A stretch of DNA of 63,971 nt, counting the filler, from Ionaspis alba (taxonomy: Eukaryota): the NCBI GenBank assembly GCA_964255285.1. It is 3 parts of 3 records of this genome, joined end to end, with 100 filler letters (N's around TTAATTAATTAA, not from the genome) between each part and the next. Parts side by side here need not be neighbours in the genome. Positions count along the whole stretch, not along the records: positions 1 to 23,182 come from CAXUUL010000190.1; positions 23,283 to 46,455 come from CAXUUL010000191.1; 1 more part is not named here. One strand, given 5' to 3'. Shown here in pieces: positions 17,502-28,847 of the stretch. Position 1 is the stretch's first letter. Each line of letters starts with the position of its first letter. The translations under genes and the position numbers were made by a program. The notes under the pieces were generated by a model. It was not told the DNA's origin and ran no database searches. It saw nothing but the letters and a program-made list of their open reading frames with translations.

Positions 17502-19290
17502 TCAAGAAATCTGCAATTCCCCCGTCATCTCCCCGGCAAACACATGTCTCCACTCCCTCCAAATCCTCTCCAACTCCTCCACATACAATCGATGAATCTC
17601 ATCCACGTACGCCTCCTGCGGCTTCGCATACTGTACGACCTTGATCGGCCGTCCCACCACCACATTCAGCGGCCGTCGGTAGGGCATCAATCCCACATCA
17701 TAATTGAACACTCCCCTCGCATGAAACAGCGGCACCGTAAACCCCAACATCTTCTTGACCACCAATTGCGACTTATGGATCAATGGATGCGTCTCCGGCT
17801 GCACCTGCTCGTACAACTCGTTCTCGCCGAACGCCAGCACAGGGACTAGGTCTGCACCGGTGCGGATGCCTAGCTTGACGAACCCTTTTCGCCGCTTCAG
17901 GACTAAGCGCAGGGTGTGCGGCTGCGCATCTAGAGACTCCCTTGCGCCGCCGACGACGATGGTGATCGCGCGACCCATACCCTCGCCGTTGGCGCCCCCG
18001 CGTGAAAGGATGTTCTCGCACGAGTCGCGGGATACGGATGCGAGACCCATTGCGAGAGCGTAGTCTCGGTAAAGAGGTATACGGAAGTTGGAGTCCAGTG
18101 TCAGCAGGGTGTTCGTGATTCCCGGAAATAGCTGAGAGAATCCCAACGCCTCGGTAGCGAACGCAGCGAACGCGCCGTGGGATATGATGCCATGTGGATG
18201 GTATCCGAAGATGTATTTGCGTGTTGCAGGGAGCTCCTGGGAGCGGTGGAGGCGGGCGGGGAAGTAGGAGGCGAAGAGGGACCAGATGCGCATGGAGCGG
18301 ATGTAGGGAGAGCGCCGGGAGAGGGTGCCGGAGGTGCTGGTTGTGGAGAGGAGGAGGTGCAGGGTGTAGGGGAGGAGAAGAGGCCAGAAGAGCGGGATAG
18401 CGCAAAGGAAGAAGAAGGTTGTTAGGAAGAGTGGGATGCAGAGCGTGTGCCAAAGGATGACCAGGGTTTGCAGGCGGCGTTTAAGGGGAACGTTGAGGGG
18501 AGCGAAGCGGATGCTGCGAAGAGGAGATAGAGATTAGCCGTGGGTTGGGAAAGGAGGATATGGACTTTGATGGGGGAGAAGACCTACCCACTACGTTCCC
18601 AGCCTGCGCCTGCACGGCGANNNNNNNNNNNNNNNNNNNNNNNNNNNNNNNNNNNNNNNNNNNNNNNNNNNNNNNNNNNNNNNNNNNNNNNNNNNNNNNN
18701 NNNNNNNNNNNNNNNNNNNNTTTGATGGGGGAGAAGACCTACCCACTACGTTCCCAGCCTGCGCCTGCACGGCGACCGCTGACGAGCTCGGAGCTGCTAG
18801 ATTGCTTGGGTGGTGACTTCTCTTTCTCGTCTTGTCGAAGTCCTTCGTCGAAGTCGTCCGACTGCACGCTGGTCAAGCGCTCCCCGCTTCTGTCCCGATA
18901 CCTTTCTACCAGCAGACTCTGACTGCTACTCTTCTTGGACATGCCATTGACTCGTAGAGATCCGTTTTTCTTGCTCGACCTCCGCGCTGGACTGCGAGGC
19001 GCATCGTTTTCTCCTTCGCCGACATAGTGTGAAGCTGTATCGGAATCGAAGCTGCCGTGACTTGACAGTCCTTCATGAGCTGCGTCAGAATAGGTTTTGG
19101 GAGGCAATTGGTTTTCTTTGCGCTCGTCTGGTAGGGAAGGTTCGGCGTTCAATGGTGCGCTAAGAGCCGGTGCCATGACGCTGTCCACGGTTGAACTGGA
19201 AGTGTCCGAGTTGCAATGACGATGGCTGTAATGCGGTGGGTAGTGGGGAGAGTAATAGTGCTGCTGCTTCGGAGAGCTTGGTGAGCTCAT
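17502..19290 (-). CDS. DGA1: Diacylglycerol O-acyltransferase type 2 (Dga1)
   Basis: Exon 1 ends WERSG. Exon 2 IRFAPLNVPLKRRLQT...YFP...GYHPHG...VVGGARESL...RRKGFVK...VPVLAFGENE. Start may be 19290 or 19176. The N gap duplicates the exon 1/intron junction. Confidence 0.93.
18566..18775. other. Assembly gap (100 N, 18621-18720) with a 55-bp duplicated flank inside DGA1
   Basis: 18566-18620 equals 18721-18775. Confidence 0.95.
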
Positions 19291-19695
19291 GCACTGAAAG
19301 TCGGCGTGGCTTGGTCCTCAATCTCTCGGAAATTGAAGCTGAAGCTGGAGCGGAGAGGGGCGGGCATCCAGATGGTTAGAGGAGTGGTGATACTTTACAC
19401 ATGACGTACCAGCCACCGTTGATTGCGACGCCTACACGCAAGCAGGCTAAGAATGACAGCTAGTGCTCCTCATCGTCGGCCTCAAGTAAAGGGGTAATTC
19501 GACTACAATATGAGTGCGTCTGAATCAAGTCGAAGAGCCAGGAGTGAGCAGCAGCAGCATATCCTGGTCACCGCCTCCAATTTCGGAAGGCCGCGGCGAC
19601 ATCCCCGCTAGCATTATCACATGCTCAACGATTGATCTGCAGCTTTTCGATAGTGCCAACGGTCTTCTAGATATCTCATCGTTATCCCTGCAACC

Positions 19696-20980
19696 ATGCC
19701 ATATACATTTACAGCAGCGCCATCGTCTCGAGTGTCCAAGCCAAAATCCAAGACGCCATCTCTTGCCCGATCTCTATCCTCCCCCTTTTCGAATCTGTCC
19801 CGACGAAAACCAATACATAGATCCATCTCAAAACCAGAAGTCGAGCAAGATGATGATTTATTCGAAGACCGTCTCAATGATCTGGGCCTCGTGGCTTGCT
19901 TGGCCACCGATCTTTCTCTCCGCGATGTCGTCCAATACATAAAATATATAAACTCTCACATGTTCGATGAAGTCCCCGAAAGGAGTGGCATGAACAGTAC
20001 ACGCATTGCAGAAGTATTGAATTTTCGAAAGTCGTTGCCACCCATTGTTACAAATGCCCACGTGCATGCTTTGATGCAGTCGCCTACTGCAGCGGAGAAA
20101 GAGATCAAAGAATTAACGACTGCGGGAGTAATCCGTAGAGTTGTGGTGCCCGGACGAGGTGTAGGAGGGTCGAGTATTAGTGATGCTTTGGTGATTGTGG
20201 AGGATTGGATTTCTTTGGTCGAACATTCTCCACATCTCGAGGCAGAGCAAAAAGGTTGGAGCCCGATCCTCTCAGATGCAATGACTAGTCTGACAACGTC
20301 CAGAAAAATATATTCAGCATTTAAAGAACAGCCCACTAGCTTCTTCGATACCACCATGCTCGCTTTCAGCCGCTGAAGCTACAGCGCTCATGAGCGCCGG
20401 CTTCTTAACCAGCTCAAACTTATCTATTAATTTAGCAAATATCTTTGCTCGACCAGGCGATGCATCCGCGGGCACCCTGACATCCATCGCAAGTATATCG
20501 AAAGCGGCTTCCGGCTCCCTCGCCGCCACAGGCGGTCACGGCGCAGTCCACGGTGCCGGTGGTGGAGGTGGTACTGCAGGACTACAAGAAAGGGCTCCGA
20601 ATCAAAACACATCAGATCAATCACACAAGCAAAGTATACGAGCAGGAGGAGAGCTCCAGTTATCGTTACCAAGCACGGGACCTTTCCTCAAGTTACTCAC
20701 CACGGCAAGGTCTCACTTAATATCCTTACTCTCGAAATCTAAATACAGTGAAGCTCCCGAGAACTTACTTCGCGAGCGGTGGAATGGAGGTGTTGCCACC
20801 GAGGGACGTAGTGCGAGGACTGGGAAAGGAGCATTTGCGGATATCTTGCCTAGCCGGACCCGCAAGTGGAAACAATTTTATGGGCTCAAGTTCGAATGGG
20901 TGCTGGCGGAATGTGTGGGAGCGGGATTGGTGGAGGTGTTCGAGACGGGGAGTGTTGGCAGAGGGATCAGAGCCGTTTAA
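19696..20980 (+). CDS. STK19-family protein (winged-helix type; historically called Ser/Thr kinase 19)
   Basis: Two ORFs joined by an intron near 20254-20303. Recognised segments LPPIVTNAHVHALM, EKEIKELTTAGVIRRVVVPGRG, LSLPSTGPFLKLL, LLRERWNGG, GLKFEWVLAECVGAGLVEVFETGSVGRG. No kinase motifs. Confidence 0.75.
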
Positions 20981-21475
20981 TACTTTGGCGGATGAGCCAC
21001 GAGAGAAGCCCTAGTTTTACACTTGTGCGGAGGACCACATATTAGTTAATTATTCATAGTCCAATCCCAAAACGCTCCGCGACTCTGCGTGACAGTGTGC
21101 TCTACACCACTAGTGTCATGTTTGTCTAGATTATCATCATGTTAGAACTGTTTCTTTTTTCTCATATTCGCGGAAAGACATATCGCCGTACCTGTACTCG
21201 TGCCTCCGGCCGTCTCAAATAAGGTAGGGTTCTGAAAGGGCACAACCTTGTAAGTAAACAATAAAGGGACCACCGGCATCCTTCCGATGTCGAGATCAGC
21301 ATCATACCCCGCATCACGTCTTTTGCCTGTCACACAACGTCAACTACCTCTCTCAGATACTTCAATCATAATCCTTTCTCTTCCACACGTTGCCCCTAAT
21401 GAAAATTCTGATTGAGCTGGCAATAGCCCACCCAAGTATCCTACAACTAGTCCCCGATTGAAATCCCCCGCCACA

Positions 21476-23182
21476 ATGGGTCACCGACTCGGCCTCTTCC
21501 GCGCCATCTATCTCGTCTGCATCTGCTGTATAGGGTACCATTCCCTCCCCACCGCAAAGCCAACTCCCCCAAACTAACGGCCAACGCAGCTCCTTCCTCT
21601 TCGCCTACGACACCGGCATCGTCGGCGGCATCCTCACCCTCCCCAGCTTCCAGCGCTCCTTCCACTACACCAACGCCGAGCGCGTGAACGTCAATTCCAA
21701 CGCCGTCAGCGTCTTGCAAGCGGGTGCTTTCTTTGGATGCTTCATCATCTGGCCGATTGCGGCGCGCTTCGGGCGGAGATGGTCGCTGGTTGTTGCTTCG
21801 GTGGTATTCGAGGTTGGGGGTATTTTGCAGGTTGTGGATAGTGGGTCGTTGCCGATGTTCTACGTAGGGAGGGTGGTTAGTGGGTTGGGAGTGGGCGCGG
21901 CGACGGTGCTGATACCGATCTTTTCGGCGGAGATGGCGCCGAAGGAGATTCGAGGACGGTTGGGGAGTTGCTTTCAGCTGTTCTTTGCAGGTGGGGTCTG
22001 TGTCTCGTACTGGTGGGCGGTTTGATCATGTGCCTGTATCGATGTGGGTTACTGACGTTTACTGTTAGGGTAGACTACGCCGTGCTGGTAAGAATGCCTT
22101 TGGTGATCGATGCCACATTGCACACGCTGATATCAAGCGAACCCAGGCTCGTGTACCCTCTTCTACGAGACAATGGCAGATTCCAGTTGCGCTCCAGCTA
22201 ATTCCCGGTGGTCTTGTTGGTCTTGGTATGCTCCTTGTCAAAGAAAGCGCTCGATGGCTTGCCAAGCGGGGACGGAATGACGAAGCCCTGGAGAGTCTGA
22301 TCTGGGTTCGCGGTGGCGAAGACTCGCCAGCCATCCAGGCCGAGTTTGCCGAGATCTTGATGGGTATTCACGAGGAAGTACGGGCTACTGAGGGTTTGAC
22401 GTGGAAGGAGCTTCTGCTGCCTGCCAATCGATACCGTATCTTCATTGCGGTTAGTCTACAATTGTGCCAACAGCTCACGGGGAATACGTCTCTGGCTTTC
22501 TATGCACCGCAGATCTTCGCTGCTGTGGGAGCGGGGACCTCGAGTCTGTTGATTACGGGGTTCTTTGGAATTATCAAGGTCATTTCTGTCTTGTGTTTTC
22601 AGGTAAGCTTTTCAATTTCATGGATAGAGGATCTTATGAGACACATCCTCTTATCAGCTTACACCTTTTGCCCCTGTCCTGTCCCATCAGATGCCGGTTT
22701 TTCAGACCTTCATGTTGACAGAACTTCCCAGATCTTACTCATTGAGAGGATTGGTAGAAAAATGGCATTCATGGGTGGAGCAGCAGCAAGTGAGCATCTT
22801 ATACATTCTCTCTACTTGCAGAAAAGCTCTGACACCTTCAAAGTGGGAACATTCATGCTCATCATTGCCATAATCGTTGCTACCAATCCACCTGATCCTA
22901 ATGCAACTAGGATCACCAGCACTGGAGTTGCGGCAATCGCAATGGTCTACGCCGAAGCTGCATCTTTTAACCTGTCCTGGGGTCCCGCAGCCTGGTAGGA
23001 TCTACCCTTCCATCAGGCTTCCGCAAACCCACAATCCTGGTCTCAAGGGGATAGCTAAGAATCGAATATCGCAGGATCTACATCGGCGAAATCTTCCCTT
23101 CGCGCATTCGAGAAGTAGGGGTTGCGTCAGGCGCTGCCTCGCAATGGATCTTCAATTTCATGATGTCCCAAATCGTGCGTCC
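21476..23182 (+). CDS. MFS sugar-porter family transporter (quinate-permease-like), 3'-truncated at the contig end
   Basis: FAYDTGIVGG, RFGRR, GRVVSGLGVG, AEMAPKEIRG, ESARWL, QQLTG, ERIGRK, SWGP, GEIFPSRIRE. Several introns including a 19-nt micro-exon; ends at the linker. Confidence 0.92.
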
Positions 23183-23282
23183 NNNNNNNNNNNNNNNNNN
23201 NNNNNNNNNNNNNNNNNNNNNNNNNNTTAATTAATTAANNNNNNNNNNNNNNNNNNNNNNNNNNNNNNNNNNNNNNNNNNNN
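23183..23282. other. Artificial contig-joining linker (N44-TTAATTAATTAA-N44)
   Basis: TTAATTAATTAA at 23227-23238 has stops in all six frames and sits inside Ns; the MFS gene is cut here. Confidence 0.95.
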
Positions 23283-23920
23283 GGTAATGTGGGCAGCTAT
23301 GATTTGTGAGATCAGAGGTGATATGAGTGGCTAGATGGTAGGTCAGGCCGGGATGAGTCGCGATTTTTCTGACGTGCGTTAGGACTCGGCGGAGTTGGCT
23401 TCTTGGGCACAATGACTGGAGTCTTGGGCTATGAGAAGCTAGAGTAGTTGGTTTACTCGATGTGCCCCTTACTTCCAATAGTGGAAATGGAAAATAGGCA
23501 GGCAATGTACCACTTGAATGTGCTTGTTCATGTTGCTGTGCTCAATAGATGGAAGAAAGATAAGTTGTGGAGCATGCCAGTGCAAGCCATCCAATTTGAC
23601 AAGGCCAGCGCGTCGAGATCAGTCTGAGAAAATTATCACATTGAGAAAGCGGATCAGTCGTCCTTGTTTGGAGACTGATAAAATCCTGCCAGCCTAATAG
23701 CCTTCGACAAAACATCAGTATTTCAGCGTAGTCTCCAAATATCCCCAAAGCAGGGTCCAACGCCTCAACGCCTAAACCCCTAAAGGTCAAACATAATCTG
23801 CAGCATGCTGATGAATCCTAAAGGTTGTGCGGGGTACCCAGACTCCAATGATATATCCTCAACTCATCCATGGACTCCTCAATAGATCTTAAGACCACAT
23901 TCACGAGTGAAAAATAAATA

Positions 23921-25218
23921 ATGGCGGATAACAAGAAGTCAGTTCTAGTGACTGGCGGAAACGGCTTCATCGCTTCGCATATCATAGCCCAATTGCTCGA
24001 GGTAAGTCTTTCCGGGCAGTGCACAACGTTAAAACTAACGATCCTGCGGTCCGGCTACAATGTAACGGCTTCAATCCGATCTGAAGCCAAAGCTCGTCAA
24101 GTAGTGGATATCAATCCAACTTGGAAAGATAAGGTCCACTTCGCCTTCGTATCGGATCTGACCGCGCCCAATGCCTTCGACAAGCTTTTCGACAAGCCGT
24201 ATGACTACATCGTTCATACCGCTTCGCCTGTAACATTCAAGGTCAACGATATCCAGAAAGACCTTATCGATCCCGCGGTTAATGGGTAATATTCATCTCG
24301 CCATACCCTCTTTCTCTATTCATATCTAATACTGCTCGTAGAACGCTTGGTCTTCTACAAGCCACTCACAAGCTGGCAGGAGAGACTTTGAAGCGCTTCG
24401 TCTTACTCGGAAGCGCTGTAGCCGTGTTGAATTCGTTCGAAGAAGCTGGTGTTGCCGGAAAAGACTACACTGAACAGGACTGGAATCCTGTAGGTTACCG
24501 ACTGTTTTTCCTATTCTCCGCGGGCATCAGCTGAGTCCTTGTACAGGTCACGGCCGAGGATGCAATTCAGCACCAGGATGCGGGCCTCGGGTACGTTGCG
24601 TCGAAGAAGCTGTCTGAAATGGCTGCGTGGAATTTCATGGACGAGAAAAAGCCTGCCTTTGACCTCATAGTCATCAACCCGGATATTGTCATCGGCCCGA
24701 TGCTACATCCTGTACCTAGCCCGCAGTCTGTGAATGAGACCAATAGGTTTGCCATCTACAATTTCCTTGACGGGACTTACAAAACGGTTGAAGACGCCAA
24801 TTTTCCGTTCTATCATTTTGTAAGCATCTTCATACCCGACATACTCAATTTTGGCTGACATTTTGATTAGGTAGACGTTCGAGACGTTGCCAAGGCCCAT
24901 GTCCTCGCGATGACCTCAACTGGCGCTTCTAACAAGCGTATTATACTGGTGTCTGGGGTCATCACACCGCAGCTCGTTGCTAACACTATTCGCGATAAGT
25001 TCCCAGAGCTCAAACGCCGAGTTGCGGAGGGAAACAGGTCTCAGGTCTTTCCGAACGGGGTAAATCCCACAGGCTGGGACGTGTCGAGGAGTCACGAGGT
25101 GTTTGGGAAAGAATGGAGTTATCGAAATCTGGAAGAGAGCGTGATAGACACGGTCAATGATATCCTCCGCCGTGAAAAAAGTTGGAATGCTGTAGGCACG
25201 GAGCAGAAGAAGAGTTGA
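23921..25218 (+). CDS. NAD(P)-dependent epimerase/dehydratase-family reductase (Gre2/aldehyde reductase II-like, extended SDR)
   Basis: VLVTGGNGFIA, VHTASP, LIDPAVNG, DWNP, catalytic YVASK, INP...IGP, VDVRDVAKAH. Introns present; the first is anomalous (see findings). Confidence 0.9.
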
Positions 25219-25622
25219 AGGGCTTCTTTCAAACAAGCGTTTGTTTATATCGATGCTTAACGTTAAATTGGCGAACAGTAATTTTGTCAGACGCGTCGAG
25301 GATTTTTTCATGTTTGGCATTCGTCGAATTGGATTTGGGACACATTCACGATGTTGATCAGCAATTTGATGGCAGTGTCAACTACTCCTTGTCACACTTG
25401 GCGGGAGAGCTCAATGATGCTTAGATAGGTAGTAGGCTAGATCGGGACGCGGTCACTTTTTCGATGTGCAATAGGATCTCAGCAGAGTTAGCTTCCTAAG
25501 CCTAACGACTGCAGTTTTAGGGCTATGAAAAGCTAGACTAATTGATTGAATTGATGCATCCCTTACTCCCAACAATGGATGTGAACTATCGGCTCTCGGA
25601 TTGTGAATTTTGATCACGGCTT

Positions 25623-26855
25623 TTACCAGACCGAGTAGCCGCCCTGAGCTTCTTATTAGCAAACAACCAACGGTCAAAAAATGTGTAGCCTCTACTCACA
25701 TCAGCGATGTAATTTGCTCCCGTCACAAAGGTGGAAGCATCAGACGCCAAGAAGACAGCCAGGTTATTGAGCTCATCAACACCTCCCAGTCGGTTCTGCG
25801 GCGTCATCTGCGTCCAGATCTTTTTCTGTGCCTCAAGTGCTGGAACACGATTCAGTGCTGTGTCCATGTACCCCGGAGAGATAGAGTTGACGCGAATGCC
25901 ATGCCGAGCCCACTCTGCAGCTAGAGACTTGCTCAGCTGAACGACGGCTGCTTTCGAGGCGTTGTAACAGCTTTGTTCTTGAGGGAAGTTGACGATGCTG
26001 CCGGACATGGAAGCGATGAAGACGATGGATCCACCAGTTGCTTGCTTGATCATCTGCCTGCCACATGCTTGCGCGACAAAGAAGGCTCCCGTCAGGTTGA
26101 TGTCGATAAGACGACGGAACATAGCATCGTCGTAGTCTTCAGCTTTGATATTGGAGCTGAAAATACTCGTTTAGCATGCCTTCTACTCGGTCAATGTGGC
26201 AATATAGACCACTAACTCTGCTATTCCGGCCGAGTTGACCACGACATCGACACTGCCAAAGCTGTAGGCAATCTTCGAGACGACCTCGGCGATGGAGTTG
26301 CCATCTCGGATATCCACTTTGTAGAAGTGCACGGGAATGCCGGTGCTGGCATGCAGCTCGGCAGCTGCTAGGTCACCCAAGTCCTGCTGAACGTCCAAGA
26401 GAGCTATAGCCCTTACTCCGACCTCGGCGAGTGCTTGGGCCATGTTCCATCCGAGCCCACGGGCTCCGCTATTATCGTTAGGTTTTGGAAACTGGCAAGC
26501 ACTATTACGACACGTACCCAGTAACGATCGCAACTTTCCCTTTGAGCGTGAACTTCTTCAATGTGGGCGTCAGTTTCGAAGCAACCACCTCATCCAAGGC
26601 GAATGCTTGCTTTCCAACGTCGCCGGTCTGAATTATGGAATGAGCCGGTATAGACTGATCGACTTTGACAGTGGTTCTCGTAGGTCTCTCGGACTTGGCG
26701 CAGTAATTGACAGCAGGTATTTCTGCTTCCGCCACCTTTTCCATCCTCAAACCTCCAATGCTTGTTGTTGCGAAGCATCTGTTGCTCCACCTCGGGAGGC
26801 TGCGTGCACGGATGGCAGCACGCGGTGCTCTGGCTGTGAAGCCCTTCGAGAGCAT
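25623..26855 (-). CDS. Short-chain dehydrogenase, D-arabinitol 2-dehydrogenase/sorbose-reductase-like, with a predicted mitochondrial presequence
   Basis: MLSKGFTARAPRAAIRARSLPRWSNRCFA; FTLKGKVAIVTG|GARGLG; NSAG; ASMSG; NFPQEQSCYNASK; VNSISPGYMDT; last exon GGYSVW* ends at 25623. Confidence 0.88.
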
Positions 26856-27992
26856 GTCGACGGCGGCAGTAAGCCAAGAACGAACTAGAAAGTATTCGAG
26901 GTTATTTCGAAGAAGACTTGGCGGTGGCAGCGATTGATCTTTAGAGCGAGCTAATGAACGCCAGCAGATCTGACGAAGGGGAAGTTTTGATAGTCTAGTT
27001 GATTGTAGGAAGAGGCAACGCGAAAAATGTAAAGAATAATGGTTGTTGGATAAGAATAACGATAAAAACAAAAGTAATGAAGGAGAAAGGACTGAATCAG
27101 TGCGGAGAAGACGGGGCAAGTTTTCAAGACTTTCATGCTGAGTGGCCCTTGGCAGAGAGATCATAAGAGGAAGGAACTGTGATGTCAAGCTCAACGCCAT
27201 TGTCAAGAGAAAGGAGTTGTATTCTCGAATGGTCTGAAGCAGGTGCGATGGTGGAGGAGGCAGCCAAGCAAGGCTGGCTCAGGTCTTGACGTGACCAAGC
27301 CTCAACATATCTGTGTACTGCTGGTTGGTCATATTTCAAGGAATATCACAAAGAGCCATCGGCCATCTCAGCATACAGGATATCTAGAAGTGATCAAACC
27401 CTCCCACTTCTGAAGCAGTTGATACATGTAAGCCTCCGATGAAGCTCGAGCAAAATGCGTCAGATATTAGCTAGCAGTCCCCAGACCCATGCTATCAAGA
27501 CGCTTGATCTCACATCTAGCCCAGCCCATTCTTGGTCTTCAAAATAGAGCTTCCCTCCAGAAATCCGATTTGCAGGACGTACTATGGCGTATGAGGATTG
27601 CATACTTTGACTTGCTGTATGACGAAGCTGCCGCCAAGGACAAAGATCCTCTTGTCTGTGGACGAAAGACCACGACCGAGACAACATGATTGTCGTACGA
27701 CTAGGAGCCCGTTGTTCCGTTGGTGGTAGTGATAGCCTGGAGAGTTTTGCCACCCGTTCTTATGTCTTTTGAGCAGGAAGTAGACGTTCTGAAGCCACCA
27801 TTCTTGGAGGTGAAGAATCTAGTAGCCTAGGGATGCCAACATCGTCTTAAACGCATACATGCGTAGCATGCATTTCTCGGCATTCGTACACTCATTCAAA
27901 GCTATATCCCTAGCTCCCAAGCTTCACATAGAGCTGCCTCTAGACACTCAGACAATTCCGTTTCCAGGTCGGTCAATGGGCAATAACGACCA

Positions 27993-28328
27993 TCAATCGA
28001 TGTCCATATCGGCTTCCTTCTTCTCAAGGCTCTCTTCCAAGCTCTCCTCTTGTCCTTCAATGTCCAAATCCATCCTGGCTTCTCTTCTTCCAGCATCCTT
28101 CTCCTCCCTCCGCGCCTTCCGCTCTGCTGCCCTCATCTTCTTTCTCTTTTCTCCACTGACTTTCCGCAGAGCCTGGCTCGTCTTAGGAACCTTTCTCACG
28201 GCGCCTTTGGCATCCGTACGATTTGACAACGTCACAAGACGTTGAGTTTTCTTGCGCTTCTTGCGTAGGACAGCGGCAGATTTCCGTTTCTGCGCTGTCG
28301 GTGTATTGGGATTCGAGCGAGAAGGCAT
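27993..28328 (-). CDS. Small basic protein, Alb1-like pre-60S ribosome biogenesis factor
   Basis: MPSRSNPNTP start, Lys/Arg-rich body and acidic DMDID end resemble yeast Alb1 features as I recall them (MPSKN..., EMDID). Intronless, 111 aa. Confidence 0.55.
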   Translation of the reverse strand: MPSRSNPNTPTAQKRKSAAVLRKKRKKTQRLVTLSNRTDAKGAVRKVPKTSQALRKVSGEKRKKMRAAERKARREEKDAGRREARMDLDIEGQEESLEESLEKKEADMDID

Positions 28329-28847
28329 TGTCCTTGAACGTTCGGAAGGATGCACTGGAGTTTCTTGAGATTGTGGTCACAGAGGTATCAGGCAGGCTTT
28401 TCGAGGTTGTGCGATTGGGATGTGGAAGAAAAGATAGTTGGTGTTTAGGCTAAGGGAAACAAGGGTTCGTGCTTGAAATGGCTAGGACGGATTTCGACTC
28501 TAGGAAACCCAATCGGAGCCTGTAGCCCGACTTCTTTGAGAGAAGCATGGCTTCTTCATTTTGGAGTTCTCGAATCTACTTCGAAGTACAGCGCCCTTTT
28601 CTGTCAGGGATGATCAAATTCATGTACCTCGCCGCGGCTGGCAGTGCGGGGTGCCCACAGGATGCTGAACCCGGCAATGGATAGCTCTCATTGGCTTACC
28701 TCAACCAGCTGTGCTACACCACCCTTTTGATGGGAGGAGAACTGCATAGGCATTCATACATGCTCGTACTCTTTAATGTCTCCGGACACTTGAGATTACG
28801 AGAATCCCACTCTGTTTCCAATCATGTCTTTCGTCATGTGCTATCGA

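Noticed and set aside
21476..26855. Sugar transporter + reductase + polyol dehydrogenase gene cluster
   Set aside because: An artificial linker at 23183-23282 separates the transporter from the two enzymes.
26856..27206. N-terminal extension of the SDR ORF from a TTG start
   Set aside because: Non-ATG start with UTR-like composition; the ATG at 26855 begins a convincing presequence.
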